Shown here one piece after another: positions 7,684-16,340 of a DNA stretch of 16,364 nt. The stretch spans positions 1-16,364 of the forward strand of contig JANPJS010000085.1 of assembly GCA_031425655.1 (NCBI GenBank), given 5' to 3'. The position numbers were made by a program, and so were the translations under genes. Origin of the DNA: Abditibacteriaceae bacterium. GTDB lineage: Bacteria; Armatimonadota; Abditibacteriia; Abditibacteriales; Abditibacteriaceae. The notes beneath the pieces were generated by a model. It searched no databases and was not told the DNA's origin. It worked only from the letters and a program-made list of their open reading frames with translations. How positions within the stretch are numbered: position 1 is the first letter of the stretch; the number at the start of each line of letters is the position of its first letter.

Positions 7684-8639
7684 TACTCGACGGCGATTTC
7701 CGGCGCGGCCTGAGACACGGCTTCGCGCAGTTGAATTACGGCTAAATCTTTGGCTTTGGCCTCGCACATCACGTCGAAAGGAATCGGCTTGCCGTTAGCG
7801 ACGGCGCGGGCGAAGGGAATGAAAACACTTTCGTCAATATAGTCAGCGTGTTGCGAGGCGAGCGGCGCGGCTTCGCTTTGCACTTTTTTGCCGGTCGTTT
7901 TGTCGCGGCGTTCGATAATGCGCGGCTCGCGGCGCGGCGACGAGTAATGAATCTTCGGGCGACTGCCGTTCCACGTCGCTATCATTTGGCGACAGGCCGT
8001 GACCGCGTCCAAATTCGCCGGGTTGATGCAATTGTGGTGCTGATGATCGAAAATGCAGCGGATTCCCGTGGCTTCGTGGATGCGCAGCACGTCGTCCACG
8101 CCCCACGATACGTCGTCGTTTTCCAGCACCAGACGGCGCCGCGCCGGTTCGGGCAAGGCTTTAAAATTGTCCACGAAGCGTTGGCGCGCCGCATCGCGTT
8201 CGCCGTAAACGCCGCCGACGTGCGTCACGACTACGGCTTCCATCGGCTGCTCCATAATATCGAGCATCATCGCCTGCGCCAAAAAATCACGCGACGAAGT
8301 TTCGACTAACTTCGAGTTCGGCGCGTTGAGAACGATGTATTGCGAAGGATGAAACGACAAACGCAAATTCATTTCGCGCGCTCGTTTGCCCAGTGCTTCC
8401 AGCTCACCGCGCGCTTCTTCCAACTGTCTGTGAAACTGCGGCAAATCGGGGTGCGTGAGATACGGCGCGAAGTCGCTGGACAAGCGATACATCGAGATTT
8501 TGGCCTCAGCCAAGTAATCGAAAATCGCGTGCGCGTATTCAATCGAAGTTTTCAGATGCGGGCTATTTTGCCAACGGCGCGCATCGTTGCTTTTGAGGCC
8601 GGGCTTGCCCAGCACTTTGACGGCAAATCCTAAACGCAT
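7683..8639 (-). CDS. uvsE: UV DNA damage repair endonuclease (UvsE/UvdE)
   Basis: YRLSSD, RLSFHPSQYIVLN, HVGG.YG, RLVLENDD, IFDHQHH, PKIHYS, HADYI, DVMCEAKAKDLA. Confidence 0.95.
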   Translation of the reverse strand: MRLGFAVKVLGKPGLKSNDARRWQNSPHLKTSIEYAHAIFDYLAEAKISMYRLSSDFAPYLTHPDLPQFHRQLEEARGELEALGKRAREMNLRLSFHPSQYIVLNAPNSKLVETSSRDFLAQAMMLDIMEQPMEAVVVTHVGGVYGERDAARQRFVDNFKALPEPARRRLVLENDDVSWGVDDVLRIHEATGIRCIFDHQHHNCINPANLDAVTACRQMIATWNGSRPKIHYSSPRREPRIIERRDKTTGKKVQSEAAPLASQHADYIDESVFIPFARAVANGKPIPFDVMCEAKAKDLAVIQLREAVSQAAPEIAVE

Positions 8640-8645
8640 GGTAAA

Positions 8646-8711
8646 TTACGAGTGACGAGTGACGAGTGACGAATTCTTTACGACTCGTCACTCGTCGCTC
8701 GTAATTCGTCA
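8646..8711. repeat. Palindromic heptamer array (TGACGAG family) at the birA/uvsE junction
   Basis: TTACGAG TGACGAG TGACGAG TGACGAA (8646-8673) and CTCGTCA CTCGTCG CTCGTAA TTCGTCA (8684-8711). The birA stop lies between the arms. Confidence 0.92.
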
Positions 8712-9445
8712 CTTCTTAAAATATCTCCGGCAATCGCGCGGTGCTGGCCGCTTTCGTTTTCGATAAGCAGGGCGCCGTCGAAGTCCAGAGCCGATGCTGT
8801 TCCGCTCAAACTGCCGTTTTCGCTTTCTACGGTGACAGACTGCCCGCGCTGGGCGCAGCGGCGCCAGAATTCTCCGCGCAAGGCGCTCCATTCGCCGCGC
8901 ATCAGGCGGTTATAGAAGACCTCGAAATCGTGCAGCCACGCTTCGGTCACGGCGGGAATCGGCCAGACGTGCCCCGTTTCCAGCAGCAGTGAAGACGCCG
9001 GATACAGCACGCGCGAAGGCAAATCGTCGGACTCGTGATTGACGTTCAATCCCAAGCCGATGACGACGAAGTTCAATTTACCGGCCACCACATCGGCTTC
9101 GGACAGCACACCGCCGACTTTGTGGCCGCGCAGCAAAATATCGTTGGGCCATTTAGTGTGACATTCGAGTCCGGTCAGCTCGTGAATCACGCGCGTCCCG
9201 GCCAAACAGGCCGCAAAGTTCAAGCGCGCGACGGTATCGAGCTTTGGCCCCGGACGCAAAATCAGCGACAAATACAAGCCTTTGCCCGGCGGCGAACTCC
9301 AGCTTCGCCCGCGCCGCCCGCGCCCGGCGGTTTGCGAATCGGCACTCACGAGCGCGCCGTGCGGCGCGTCTTCGCAGCCCCAACGCAGGGCTTCAGCATT
9401 GGTCGAATCAGTTTCGGCGAGATGGCGATGCGGTTTTCCAAGCAT
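8678..9445 (-). CDS. birA: Biotin--[acetyl-CoA-carboxylase] ligase without N-terminal HTH (group I type)
   Basis: DSTN, QTAGRGRRGRSW, KWPND, KVGGVLSE, GLGLNV. Start set at ATG 9445 because the upstream extension is translated heptamer repeat. Confidence 0.94.
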   Translation of the reverse strand: MLGKPHRHLAETDSTNAEALRWGCEDAPHGALVSADSQTAGRGRRGRSWSSPPGKGLYLSLILRPGPKLDTVARLNFAACLAGTRVIHELTGLECHTKWPNDILLRGHKVGGVLSEADVVAGKLNFVVIGLGLNVNHESDDLPSRVLYPASSLLLETGHVWPIPAVTEAWLHDFEVFYNRLMRGEWSALRGEFWRRCAQRGQSVTVESENGSLSGTASALDFDGALLIENESGQHRAIAGDILRSDELRATSDES

Positions 9446-9448
9446 TAA

Positions 9449-9559
9449 TTCTCGATTCTTGATGCTGGATGCTGGATGCTGGATGCTGGATTTCCGATGC
9501 TGGATAGTCTTCACGAGCATCGAGAATCCAGAATCGAGAATCCAGAATCAAGCATCCAG
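9449..9559. repeat. Palindromic heptamer array (TGCTGGA/TTCTCGA family) filling the nadC-birA gap
   Basis: Eight units at 9449-9504 (TTCTCGA TTCTTGA TGCTGGA x4 TTTCCGA TGCTGGA), 8-nt spacer, then inverted units ACGAGCA TCGAGAA TCCAGAA TCGAGAA TCCAGAA TCAAGCA TCCAG (9513-9559). Confidence 0.93.
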
Positions 9560-10405
9560 TCAGATTTCCACGTCCAAGCCAACATCCAGCGCGCGGGCCG
9601 AGTGCGTCAGCGCGCCGACTGAAATAATGTCCACGCCGCTTTCGGCGATAGCGCGCACGGTTTCCAGATTCACGCCCCCGCTGGCTTCGCTAAGAGCGCG
9701 TCCCGCGATAATTTCTACGGCGCGTCGCAGCGTCGCCGGCGGCATATTATCCAGCAAAATGATGTCGGCGCGCCCTACGACGGCTTCTTCAACTTGTTCC
9801 AGAGTATCGCACTCGACTTCGATTTTCAAACTGTGCCCGGCGAAAGCGCGGGCGCGGTCAACCGCTTCCGTGATGCCGCCGCACAGCGCGATGTGATTGT
9901 CTTTAATCAAAATCATGTCGTCGAGCGCGAAGCGATGGTTCGAGCCGCCGCCGCATTTCACGGCGTATTTTTCCAGCAATCGCAAGCCCGGCGTGGTTTT
10001 GCGCGTGTCGGCGATGCGGGCTTTGGTGCCTTCAACCGCATCTACAAAGCCGCGCGTCAGCGTTGCAATGCCCGAAAGCCGCTGCGCGAAGTTGAGCGCC
10101 ACGCGCTCGCCGGTGAGAATCGTCGCCGCGTCACCGCTGACGCGCAAAACCGTTTCGCCGCGCAAAGCCGCCGCGCCATCGGGCCGCAAAATTTCAACTT
10201 CGACGCCGCCCAGTGTTTCCCATGCCAGTCGCGCCAAGTCGAGGCCGCAAACCACGCCGTCTTCGCGGAAGTTCATCAAAGCTACGCCGCGCGTGCCGGT
10301 GGAAATCAAAGCGCGCGTCGTCACATCGCCGGAGCGAATGTCTTCGCGCAAAGCCGTTTCGACAAGGGGCCGAATTTGTAAATCGGATAAAAAGGTCATG
10401 GCCAT
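9560..10405 (-). CDS. nadC: Nicotinate-nucleotide diphosphorylase (carboxylating), quinolinate phosphoribosyltransferase
   Basis: ERVALNF, DTRKTTPGLR, HRFALDD..LIKDNH, IEVEC, ILLDN, EASGG, ISVGALTHS. Confidence 0.97.
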   Translation of the reverse strand: MAMTFLSDLQIRPLVETALREDIRSGDVTTRALISTGTRGVALMNFREDGVVCGLDLARLAWETLGGVEVEILRPDGAAALRGETVLRVSGDAATILTGERVALNFAQRLSGIATLTRGFVDAVEGTKARIADTRKTTPGLRLLEKYAVKCGGGSNHRFALDDMILIKDNHIALCGGITEAVDRARAFAGHSLKIEVECDTLEQVEEAVVGRADIILLDNMPPATLRRAVEIIAGRALSEASGGVNLETVRAIAESGVDIISVGALTHSARALDVGLDVEI

Positions 10406-10409
10406 TGTT

Positions 10410-11366
10410 TTAACTCAGCGGTAATGGTTCGCGCGCGGCAAGCCATGCAGCGGGAATTTCGCCCGGCGCGGCGACGATGCCGCCGACCATCGCACACGTC
10501 GTATCGCGGTCGCCCAAGCCACTAACAGTTAGCCACAGAGCCTCTTCAAAATGATCGGGATGCTGAGACACACACCAAAGCACGAAAGGCACCGTATCCT
10601 GCGCCGAAACTTCGTGGCCTGCGCCCAAAATGTCCGCCACTTCTTCGCCGGTGATGTCATCGGGAAAATCGAGTGCCTGCACAGTGCGCTTCTTGACTTC
10701 GCTGGCGGGAATTGAAGGCAAAACCAAATCGAGAAAGTCAGCGCCGAGAGGCATCTTTGGTCCTTGCAGTCGCCACGTCCACGCGGCGGCGATTGCAACG
10801 CCAATCGCACCCGCCACGCCTTCAGGATGCGAATGCGTTACCTCGGCGCAGCGCGCGGCGTTGGCGATGCAGGCTTCTAAATCGTCCGCGAAATAAGCGC
10901 CGACGGGCGCCACGCGCATCGCCGCGCCATTGCCAAAAGAGCCGCTGCCGTTGAAAAGAGCCGGCGCCGCCACGCGCCATGATTTAAAAGCCAGTTCCGG
11001 CAACAGCGAATGCATCGCGCCGCCATAGCCGCGCATCGGATCAATCTTGTAACGTCGCGCGAATTGATGCGCCAGCGCGTCTTGATTGATTTCGCCATAG
11101 CGCCGCAGATTTTCCACGACTTCGAGGGCTAAAGCCGTGTCGTCCGTCCAACGCCACGGCGGCGGGGTTGGCAGTTCCCGCCGGTCAATCAGAATTTGAA
11201 TAAAGTCGTCAGTGAAGTCGTAAGGTGGGCCTTCGAGTTGGCCGGACGCCATGAAGCGCGCGGCCATCTCGAAGCTCATGAAATACTGTTCGCCAAACGC
11301 ATCGCCGACCGATAAACCTTCCAGCGAACGCAACGCTCTTTGAAGTCTTTGCTCAGTGCCTTTCAT
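10410..11366 (-). CDS. ADP-ribosylglycohydrolase (DraG/ARH) family protein
   Basis: GLSVGDAFG, WTDDT, RGYG, GNGAAMRVAP, VTHSHP, GDRDTTCAMVGGI. AGGGG RBS upstream. Confidence 0.93.
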   Translation of the reverse strand: MKGTEQRLQRALRSLEGLSVGDAFGEQYFMSFEMAARFMASGQLEGPPYDFTDDFIQILIDRRELPTPPPWRWTDDTALALEVVENLRRYGEINQDALAHQFARRYKIDPMRGYGGAMHSLLPELAFKSWRVAAPALFNGSGSFGNGAAMRVAPVGAYFADDLEACIANAARCAEVTHSHPEGVAGAIGVAIAAAWTWRLQGPKMPLGADFLDLVLPSIPASEVKKRTVQALDFPDDITGEEVADILGAGHEVSAQDTVPFVLWCVSQHPDHFEEALWLTVSGLGDRDTTCAMVGGIVAAPGEIPAAWLAAREPLPLS

Positions 11367-11379
11367 AATTCCCCTGCGT

Positions 11380-13098
11380 TTAATTCAAATCCACCGGCGC
11401 GGTGTTTTCGGCGCCTGCCGCCGTCATTTCGACGGCGTAAACGCGGGCGCCGAGTTCGCGTGTGTCGGTGAGAGGCGGCTGCAATTTCGAGGGCTGCCAC
11501 GTCGCGCCGCTGATGGTAACTTCCAGCGTTTTGCGCTCGGCGGCGGGAATTTGCAGCGTTACGATTTGCGGGCCTTCTTTGAGCGTCGCCGTTGGGCCGC
11601 CGGTCACTGCGACGGTTTGCAGCGGCGCGCCTTTGGGCAGGCTCGCCCACAGTTTCAAAGTGTAAGCCGTGCCGGGTTTAACCGGCAGTTGCAGGCGCGA
11701 ATTGCCCGTCGCCCAACGCGCGCTTTTCGAGCCGCTTTGCGGCGGCGCTTCGGGCGACGGTTCCTGTCCCTGCCACCCGGCGATGGCATAGTCTTCGTCG
11801 CCTTTGGCGCCGATTTTCAAGCGATAATGCAGTATTTGGGCGGCTGATAATTCAAGCGGCGCTTCGTTGAAGCCGATTTGCGCTCGCGTGCCGATTTCGT
11901 TTTGCACTTGCAACCCCGCAGGCTGCAAATTGCCGGTAATCAACGCCGTTTTCACGCCCGATTTCAAGACAATCGCCGGGCCGGCTTTGGCGAAATTACA
12001 GCCGCGCACGATCAATTTGCCGCGCTCGGCGTTGATGGTGCCCGTCGTCGGAGCGTCGAGAAAATGGCAGTCGCCGAACGTGACGATTGTGTCGCCCTGC
12101 AAGCGCGCCGCGCCGCCCGGCGTTGACCAAAAGTTGCAATTGACGAACTGCGCCGCGCCCGCCGCGCCCGGAGAAGTTGCCACACCAACATTCGGTTCGC
12201 CCGAAAAGCTGGTGAATTCGGCGTTCGTGACTTGGATGCCGATGTTCTGAATCTCGTCAATTTGCAAGCCGGTGCGGCAATAATCGGCGCCGATGCCCAT
12301 GAACTGCCCGTTGCAGGCTCCCGCCGGAGTTTTGATGAAGCGATAGCCGATTTTTGCCGCGAAAACGAAGCAATTGGCGACATATTCCCAATCGGTGCGC
12401 CCGAAAATGAAGGCTTCGAGATTATCGGCCATGTAGCGCGCCACGGCCATGTCGGGGTTGCCGGGGCCGGGCGGACGCGATGCATGGCCGCTGCGGTTCC
12501 AATAGTGCGGATTAAAATGCACGTTTTCCAAGCGCCCGATGTCGGTGGTTGAATCCACGAAGACGCCGCGCCGCAAAACGCAGCCGTAAACATTGCGAAT
12601 CAAGTGCAGCTCGCTACCCGCGCTGTTGCCGATGCGAATGCCGTTGTAAGCGTTGACAAAAGTCACGTTGTCAACCGTGTTGTGCATTCCCACGCCCTGA
12701 ATCGCCCACGGATACGGCACGATGTCCGGCCATTTTTGTTCGGGCCAGAGCAGCGTAAAGCCGATTAAAGCGCTGCTGGGCTGAAGCGTAATCGTGGGCG
12801 ACGCGTTTTCGTCGCCGCGCCCGCCGGTGATGAGCAGCGCCGTGCCTTTATCGTAAACGCCGTGATGCGGCGCGTTCCAACTGCCTTTCAAACTCACGCC
12901 GGTCGGGATTTTCAAGGCGCCGCGCAGCAGATATTGGCCCGGCGGCAATTCGAGCGTGCCGCCGGTTTTGCCGATGGCATCGAGCGCGGTTTGCAGCGCG
13001 CTTGTATCGTCGGTTGTGCCGTCGCCGGCCACGCCGGGCGGCTTTTCGAGGGCGAAAGCCGGGAAAGTCATTATGAGGAGAAACAAAAGAAGGCGCAT
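11380..13098 (-). CDS. Secreted right-handed beta-helix protein (pectate-lyase superfamily / glycoside hydrolase-like) with a C-terminal accessory domain
   Basis: Signal peptide MRLLLFLLIMTFPAFA; GVAGDGTTDDTSALQTALD..GGTLELPPGQY motif; repeated NCNF/DCHF/GCNF ladders. Start set at ATG 13098. Confidence 0.8.
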   Translation of the reverse strand: MRLLLFLLIMTFPAFALEKPPGVAGDGTTDDTSALQTALDAIGKTGGTLELPPGQYLLRGALKIPTGVSLKGSWNAPHHGVYDKGTALLITGGRGDENASPTITLQPSSALIGFTLLWPEQKWPDIVPYPWAIQGVGMHNTVDNVTFVNAYNGIRIGNSAGSELHLIRNVYGCVLRRGVFVDSTTDIGRLENVHFNPHYWNRSGHASRPPGPGNPDMAVARYMADNLEAFIFGRTDWEYVANCFVFAAKIGYRFIKTPAGACNGQFMGIGADYCRTGLQIDEIQNIGIQVTNAEFTSFSGEPNVGVATSPGAAGAAQFVNCNFWSTPGGAARLQGDTIVTFGDCHFLDAPTTGTINAERGKLIVRGCNFAKAGPAIVLKSGVKTALITGNLQPAGLQVQNEIGTRAQIGFNEAPLELSAAQILHYRLKIGAKGDEDYAIAGWQGQEPSPEAPPQSGSKSARWATGNSRLQLPVKPGTAYTLKLWASLPKGAPLQTVAVTGGPTATLKEGPQIVTLQIPAAERKTLEVTISGATWQPSKLQPPLTDTRELGARVYAVEMTAAGAENTAPVDLN

Positions 13099-13166
13099 AG
13101 TCCGCAGTTTAAAGCGAGACGGCACTTGGCAAAACGTCAATCGAATCCAGCACGAAGATTTCGCTT

Positions 13167-13742
13167 TCACCGCGCTCTGAGCTTCCACCTTTTCAACAGC
13201 GCCATGCGGTCGGCGTGGCGTTGTTTGAAACGCGCCTGCGCTTCGGATGAAAGAGACTGAAATTCTTTGTAGCCGCCGGGCGCATAAAACGGATTGTAAA
13301 TTTGACGAAAGTTTTGCAGAGCGACACTCTGGCCGGAGGGGCCGCCTGACCCGCGATAACCTTCATACAGCGAATACAGCTCGTTCATCTTGACGCGCTG
13401 TTTGTCGCTGAGAACTGCGCTCAAATTTATGGCAATCAAGCGCGATTCTTCGTCGCTCATGCGTGAACGAGTGCGCCACGGCTTGATGATGGTCAAAAAG
13501 CGTTTGGCCTGGGCGCGGTTCAATTCAGTTGGCCGGCTTTGATCTAATTCCCCGATGATTCGCACCATCACGCTGAGTTGCATTTTTGGAGTGAGAGAGA
13601 TTACGTTTTGGCTGATAGTTTCGGAAAAACGCGGCAGGCGATAGCCTTCGGGTGGCCGCAGATAAAACGCCACAGGAACGATAATTCCCAGCGTCGAGGC
13701 CAGCATCAAGACAACTTGCACCCAGACAACGCGCGCTCGCAT
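13167..13742 (-). CDS. Hypothetical protein with an N-terminal membrane anchor
   Basis: Fills the gap co-directionally; hydrophobic VVWVQVVLMLASTLGIIVPVAFYL follows ATG 13742. No family recognised. Confidence 0.7.
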   Translation of the reverse strand: MRARVVWVQVVLMLASTLGIIVPVAFYLRPPEGYRLPRFSETISQNVISLTPKMQLSVMVRIIGELDQSRPTELNRAQAKRFLTIIKPWRTRSRMSDEESRLIAINLSAVLSDKQRVKMNELYSLYEGYRGSGGPSGQSVALQNFRQIYNPFYAPGGYKEFQSLSSEAQARFKQRHADRMALLKRWKLRAR

Positions 13743-13782
13743 GACGACGAGTGTTGCCCCGCGCGGCGCTTCTCGCAACCAC

Positions 13783-13791
13783 TGTTATACT
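13783..13791 (+). promoter_or_regulatory. Candidate extended -10 promoter (TGtTATACT) upstream of lon
   Basis: TGn plus TATACT at 13783-13791; no recognisable -35. Confidence 0.5.
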
Positions 13792-13818
13792 GATATTTTC
13801 GCCTGCGAAAGCACCGAG

Positions 13819-13844
13819 GGACTGCATCGGCAGTCCTTTTTTTT
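13819..13844 (+). terminator. Intrinsic terminator-like hairpin in the lon leader
   Basis: GGACTGC-ATCG-GCAGTCC followed by eight T. Confidence 0.7.
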
Positions 13845-13872
13845 GTCGCCGTCCGCCTTAAAAATCGAAATC

Positions 13873-16332
13873 ATGCCTACTAAAACCACTTCTAAAAAAC
13901 CCGTTGCGCGCCGCAAAAAATCTCAAGTCGCGCCGATTCTCACCCTTCCCGTCGTGCCCTTGCGCGGACTTGTCGCCTTTCCCAGTATGGTGCTGCCGCT
14001 TTTCATCGGACGCGATAAATCCATCGCGGCTTTGCAGGAAGCGCAGGACAGCGGGCGCCCGATTTTGCTGGTCGCCCAGCGCGACGAAGAAACCGAAGAG
14101 CCGGCCAAGTCCGATCTTTACGAGTTCGGCGTTTTAGCCGACGTAATGCAACTGCTGAAAATGCCCGACGGCAACGTGCGCGCGGTTCTCGAAGGCAAAC
14201 AGCGGGCGCGCGTGCTGCTTTACACGCAGGACGAGCCGTTTTTCGTCGCCGAAGTCGAACCACTTGAAACCGGCAAGGCTTCGCGTTCGGCACAAAACAC
14301 CGCGCATTTGCGCCGCTTGAAAAGCGATTTCGAGCAGGCCGTCAACTTGTCCAAAAGCATTCCGCCCGAAGCCAGTCAAAACGCGCAGTCGCAGGACGAT
14401 TTAGGCGAAATCGCCGACTTAATCGTGAGCTTTTTGGAAATTCCCATCACCGACCGCCAGCGCATTTTAGAAATCCTGCCCGCTGCCGAACGGGGTGAAG
14501 CCGTCGCTGAATTGCTGACCAGCGAACTGCAAGTGCTGGAAATTGACCGCGAACTCGATTCGCAGGTGCGCGAAGGCATGAACGACAGCCAGCGCGAGTA
14601 TTTTCTGCGCGAGCGCATGAAAGCGATTCAGGAAAAGCTCGGCGAGCGCGATTCGACTTTCCGCGAAGCCGACCAACTGCGCCAGAAAGTCGAAGCCGCC
14701 GAAATGAGCGACGAGGCGAAAACCAAAGCGATGGACGAAATCGAGCGCATGGAAAAAATGCCTTCGATTGCGCCTGAAGTCGGCGTGATTCGCACTTACG
14801 TCGAACTGATGTGCGATTTGCCGTGGAACAAGCGCACCGAAGACGTTCTCGACATCAAACGCGCGCAAAGCGTTTTGGACGAAGACCATTACGCACTGGA
14901 AAAAATCAAAGACCGCATCATCGAATTTCTCGCAGTTCGCAAACTCAACCCACAATCGCGCGGGCCGATTTTGTGCTTCATCGGGCCGCCGGGCGTGGGC
15001 AAAACCAGCATCGGCAAGTCCATCGCGCGGGCGCTGGGCCGCGAATTTATTCGCGTTTCAGTCGGCGGCATCCACGACGAGGCGGAAATTCGCGGCCATC
15101 GGCGCACTTATATCGGCTCGATGCCGGGCCGCATTATCGCGGGAATGCGCCGCGTGAAAGTCAAAAATCCGGTTTTCATGCTGGACGAAATTGACAAAAT
15201 CGCCAGCGATCATCGCGGCGATCCGTCGTCGGCGCTGCTTGAAGCTCTCGATCCGGAACAGAATACGGCGTTTAGCGACCATTATCTCGAAGTGCCCTTC
15301 GATTTATCGGAAGTGATGTTCGTGGCGACGGGCAACCTGCTCGACCCGATTCCCGCCGCCTTGCGCGACCGCCTCGAAGTGCTTCGCTTTCCCGGCTATA
15401 CGGAATCGGAAAAGGAAACCATCGCGCGAAAATTTCTGATTCCCAAACAAATGAAGGAAAACGGCATCGGCGACGCCAATATCGCCTTTGGCGACAAGGG
15501 CGTGACGCAGCTCATCCGCGATTACACGCGCGAGGCCGGCGTTCGCAATTTGGAGCGCGAAATCGGCACCGTTTGCCGCAAAGTCGCGCGCCGCGTCGCC
15601 GACGAAACCGCCGAAGGGCTGATTGATGTTTCGCCCAAAACGCTGCCCGATTTTCTCGGCGCCCGCAAATTTATCTACGGCGCGGCGCAGAAAATAGACG
15701 AAATCGGCGTGGCGCAAGGCTTGGCGTGGACGGAAGTCGGCGGCGAAATTCTGCCGATTGAAGTGTCTTTAGTCGAAGGCACCGGCAACACAAAACTAAC
15801 CGGCAATTTGGGCAACGTAATGAAGGAATCGTGCGAAGCGGCGATGACTTACGCGCGTTCGCACGCCATCGCGCTGGGCATTGACGGCGATTGGACGAAA
15901 AAGCACGACGCGCACATTCACGTCCCGTCGGGCGCCGTGCCCAAAGACGGCCCATCGGCGGGCGTGGCAATTTCGGTCGCGTTAGTTTCGGCGATGACGG
16001 CGCGCCCGGTTCGCAAAGAAATCGCAATGACGGGGGAAATCTCGCTGCGAGGCCGCGTTTTGGCCGTCGGCGGCGTCAAAGAAAAAGTCTTGGCCGCACA
16101 CCGCGCCGGATTAACCGAAATCATCCTGCCGCAGGAAAACGAGCGCGACTTAGACGACATCCCAACCGAAGTGCGTAAAGCCCTCAAATTCCACCTTTTC
16201 GACGACGTAGGCGAAGCGATTAAATTAGCGTTAGCTTCCATTCCACCCGCCGAAGTCATCAAAACCGAAGTCACGCCCGACGACGTTGTGCTGGAAAAAG
16301 TCAGGAAAACGCGCAAGAAAAGCGGGAAGTAA
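13873..16332 (+). CDS. lon: ATP-dependent protease La (LonA)
   Basis: LPVVPLR N-domain, Walker A GPPGVGKTS, Walker B MLDEIDK, catalytic PKDGPSAG and GGVKEK. Start set at ATG 13873. Confidence 0.98.
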   Translation: MPTKTTSKKPVARRKKSQVAPILTLPVVPLRGLVAFPSMVLPLFIGRDKSIAALQEAQDSGRPILLVAQRDEETEEPAKSDLYEFGVLADVMQLLKMPDGNVRAVLEGKQRARVLLYTQDEPFFVAEVEPLETGKASRSAQNTAHLRRLKSDFEQAVNLSKSIPPEASQNAQSQDDLGEIADLIVSFLEIPITDRQRILEILPAAERGEAVAELLTSELQVLEIDRELDSQVREGMNDSQREYFLRERMKAIQEKLGERDSTFREADQLRQKVEAAEMSDEAKTKAMDEIERMEKMPSIAPEVGVIRTYVELMCDLPWNKRTEDVLDIKRAQSVLDEDHYALEKIKDRIIEFLAVRKLNPQSRGPILCFIGPPGVGKTSIGKSIARALGREFIRVSVGGIHDEAEIRGHRRTYIGSMPGRIIAGMRRVKVKNPVFMLDEIDKIASDHRGDPSSALLEALDPEQNTAFSDHYLEVPFDLSEVMFVATGNLLDPIPAALRDRLEVLRFPGYTESEKETIARKFLIPKQMKENGIGDANIAFGDKGVTQLIRDYTREAGVRNLEREIGTVCRKVARRVADETAEGLIDVSPKTLPDFLGARKFIYGAAQKIDEIGVAQGLAWTEVGGEILPIEVSLVEGTGNTKLTGNLGNVMKESCEAAMTYARSHAIALGIDGDWTKKHDAHIHVPSGAVPKDGPSAGVAISVALVSAMTARPVRKEIAMTGEISLRGRVLAVGGVKEKVLAAHRAGLTEIILPQENERDLDDIPTEVRKALKFHLFDDVGEAIKLALASIPPAEVIKTEVTPDDVVLEKVRKTRKKSGK

Positions 16333-16340
16333 AACAAAGC

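Noticed and set aside
9446..9520. N-terminal extension of the birA ORF (similarly degT 2172-2228)
   Set aside because: Translated heptamer repeats (IQHPASSI; FHPSALIPHP), not an HTH or other domain.
13741..13872. Longer lon start at 13741
   Set aside because: Overlaps the start of the divergent gene and spans a terminator-like hairpin; Lon similarity starts after 13873.
13743..13872. CIRCE/HAIR heat-shock operators before lon, and LexA boxes before uvsE or rmuC
   Set aside because: No match by eye to TTAGCACTC-N9-GAGTGCTAA, CTTGAGT-N7-ACTCAAG, CTGT-N8-ACAG or GAAC-N4-GTTC.
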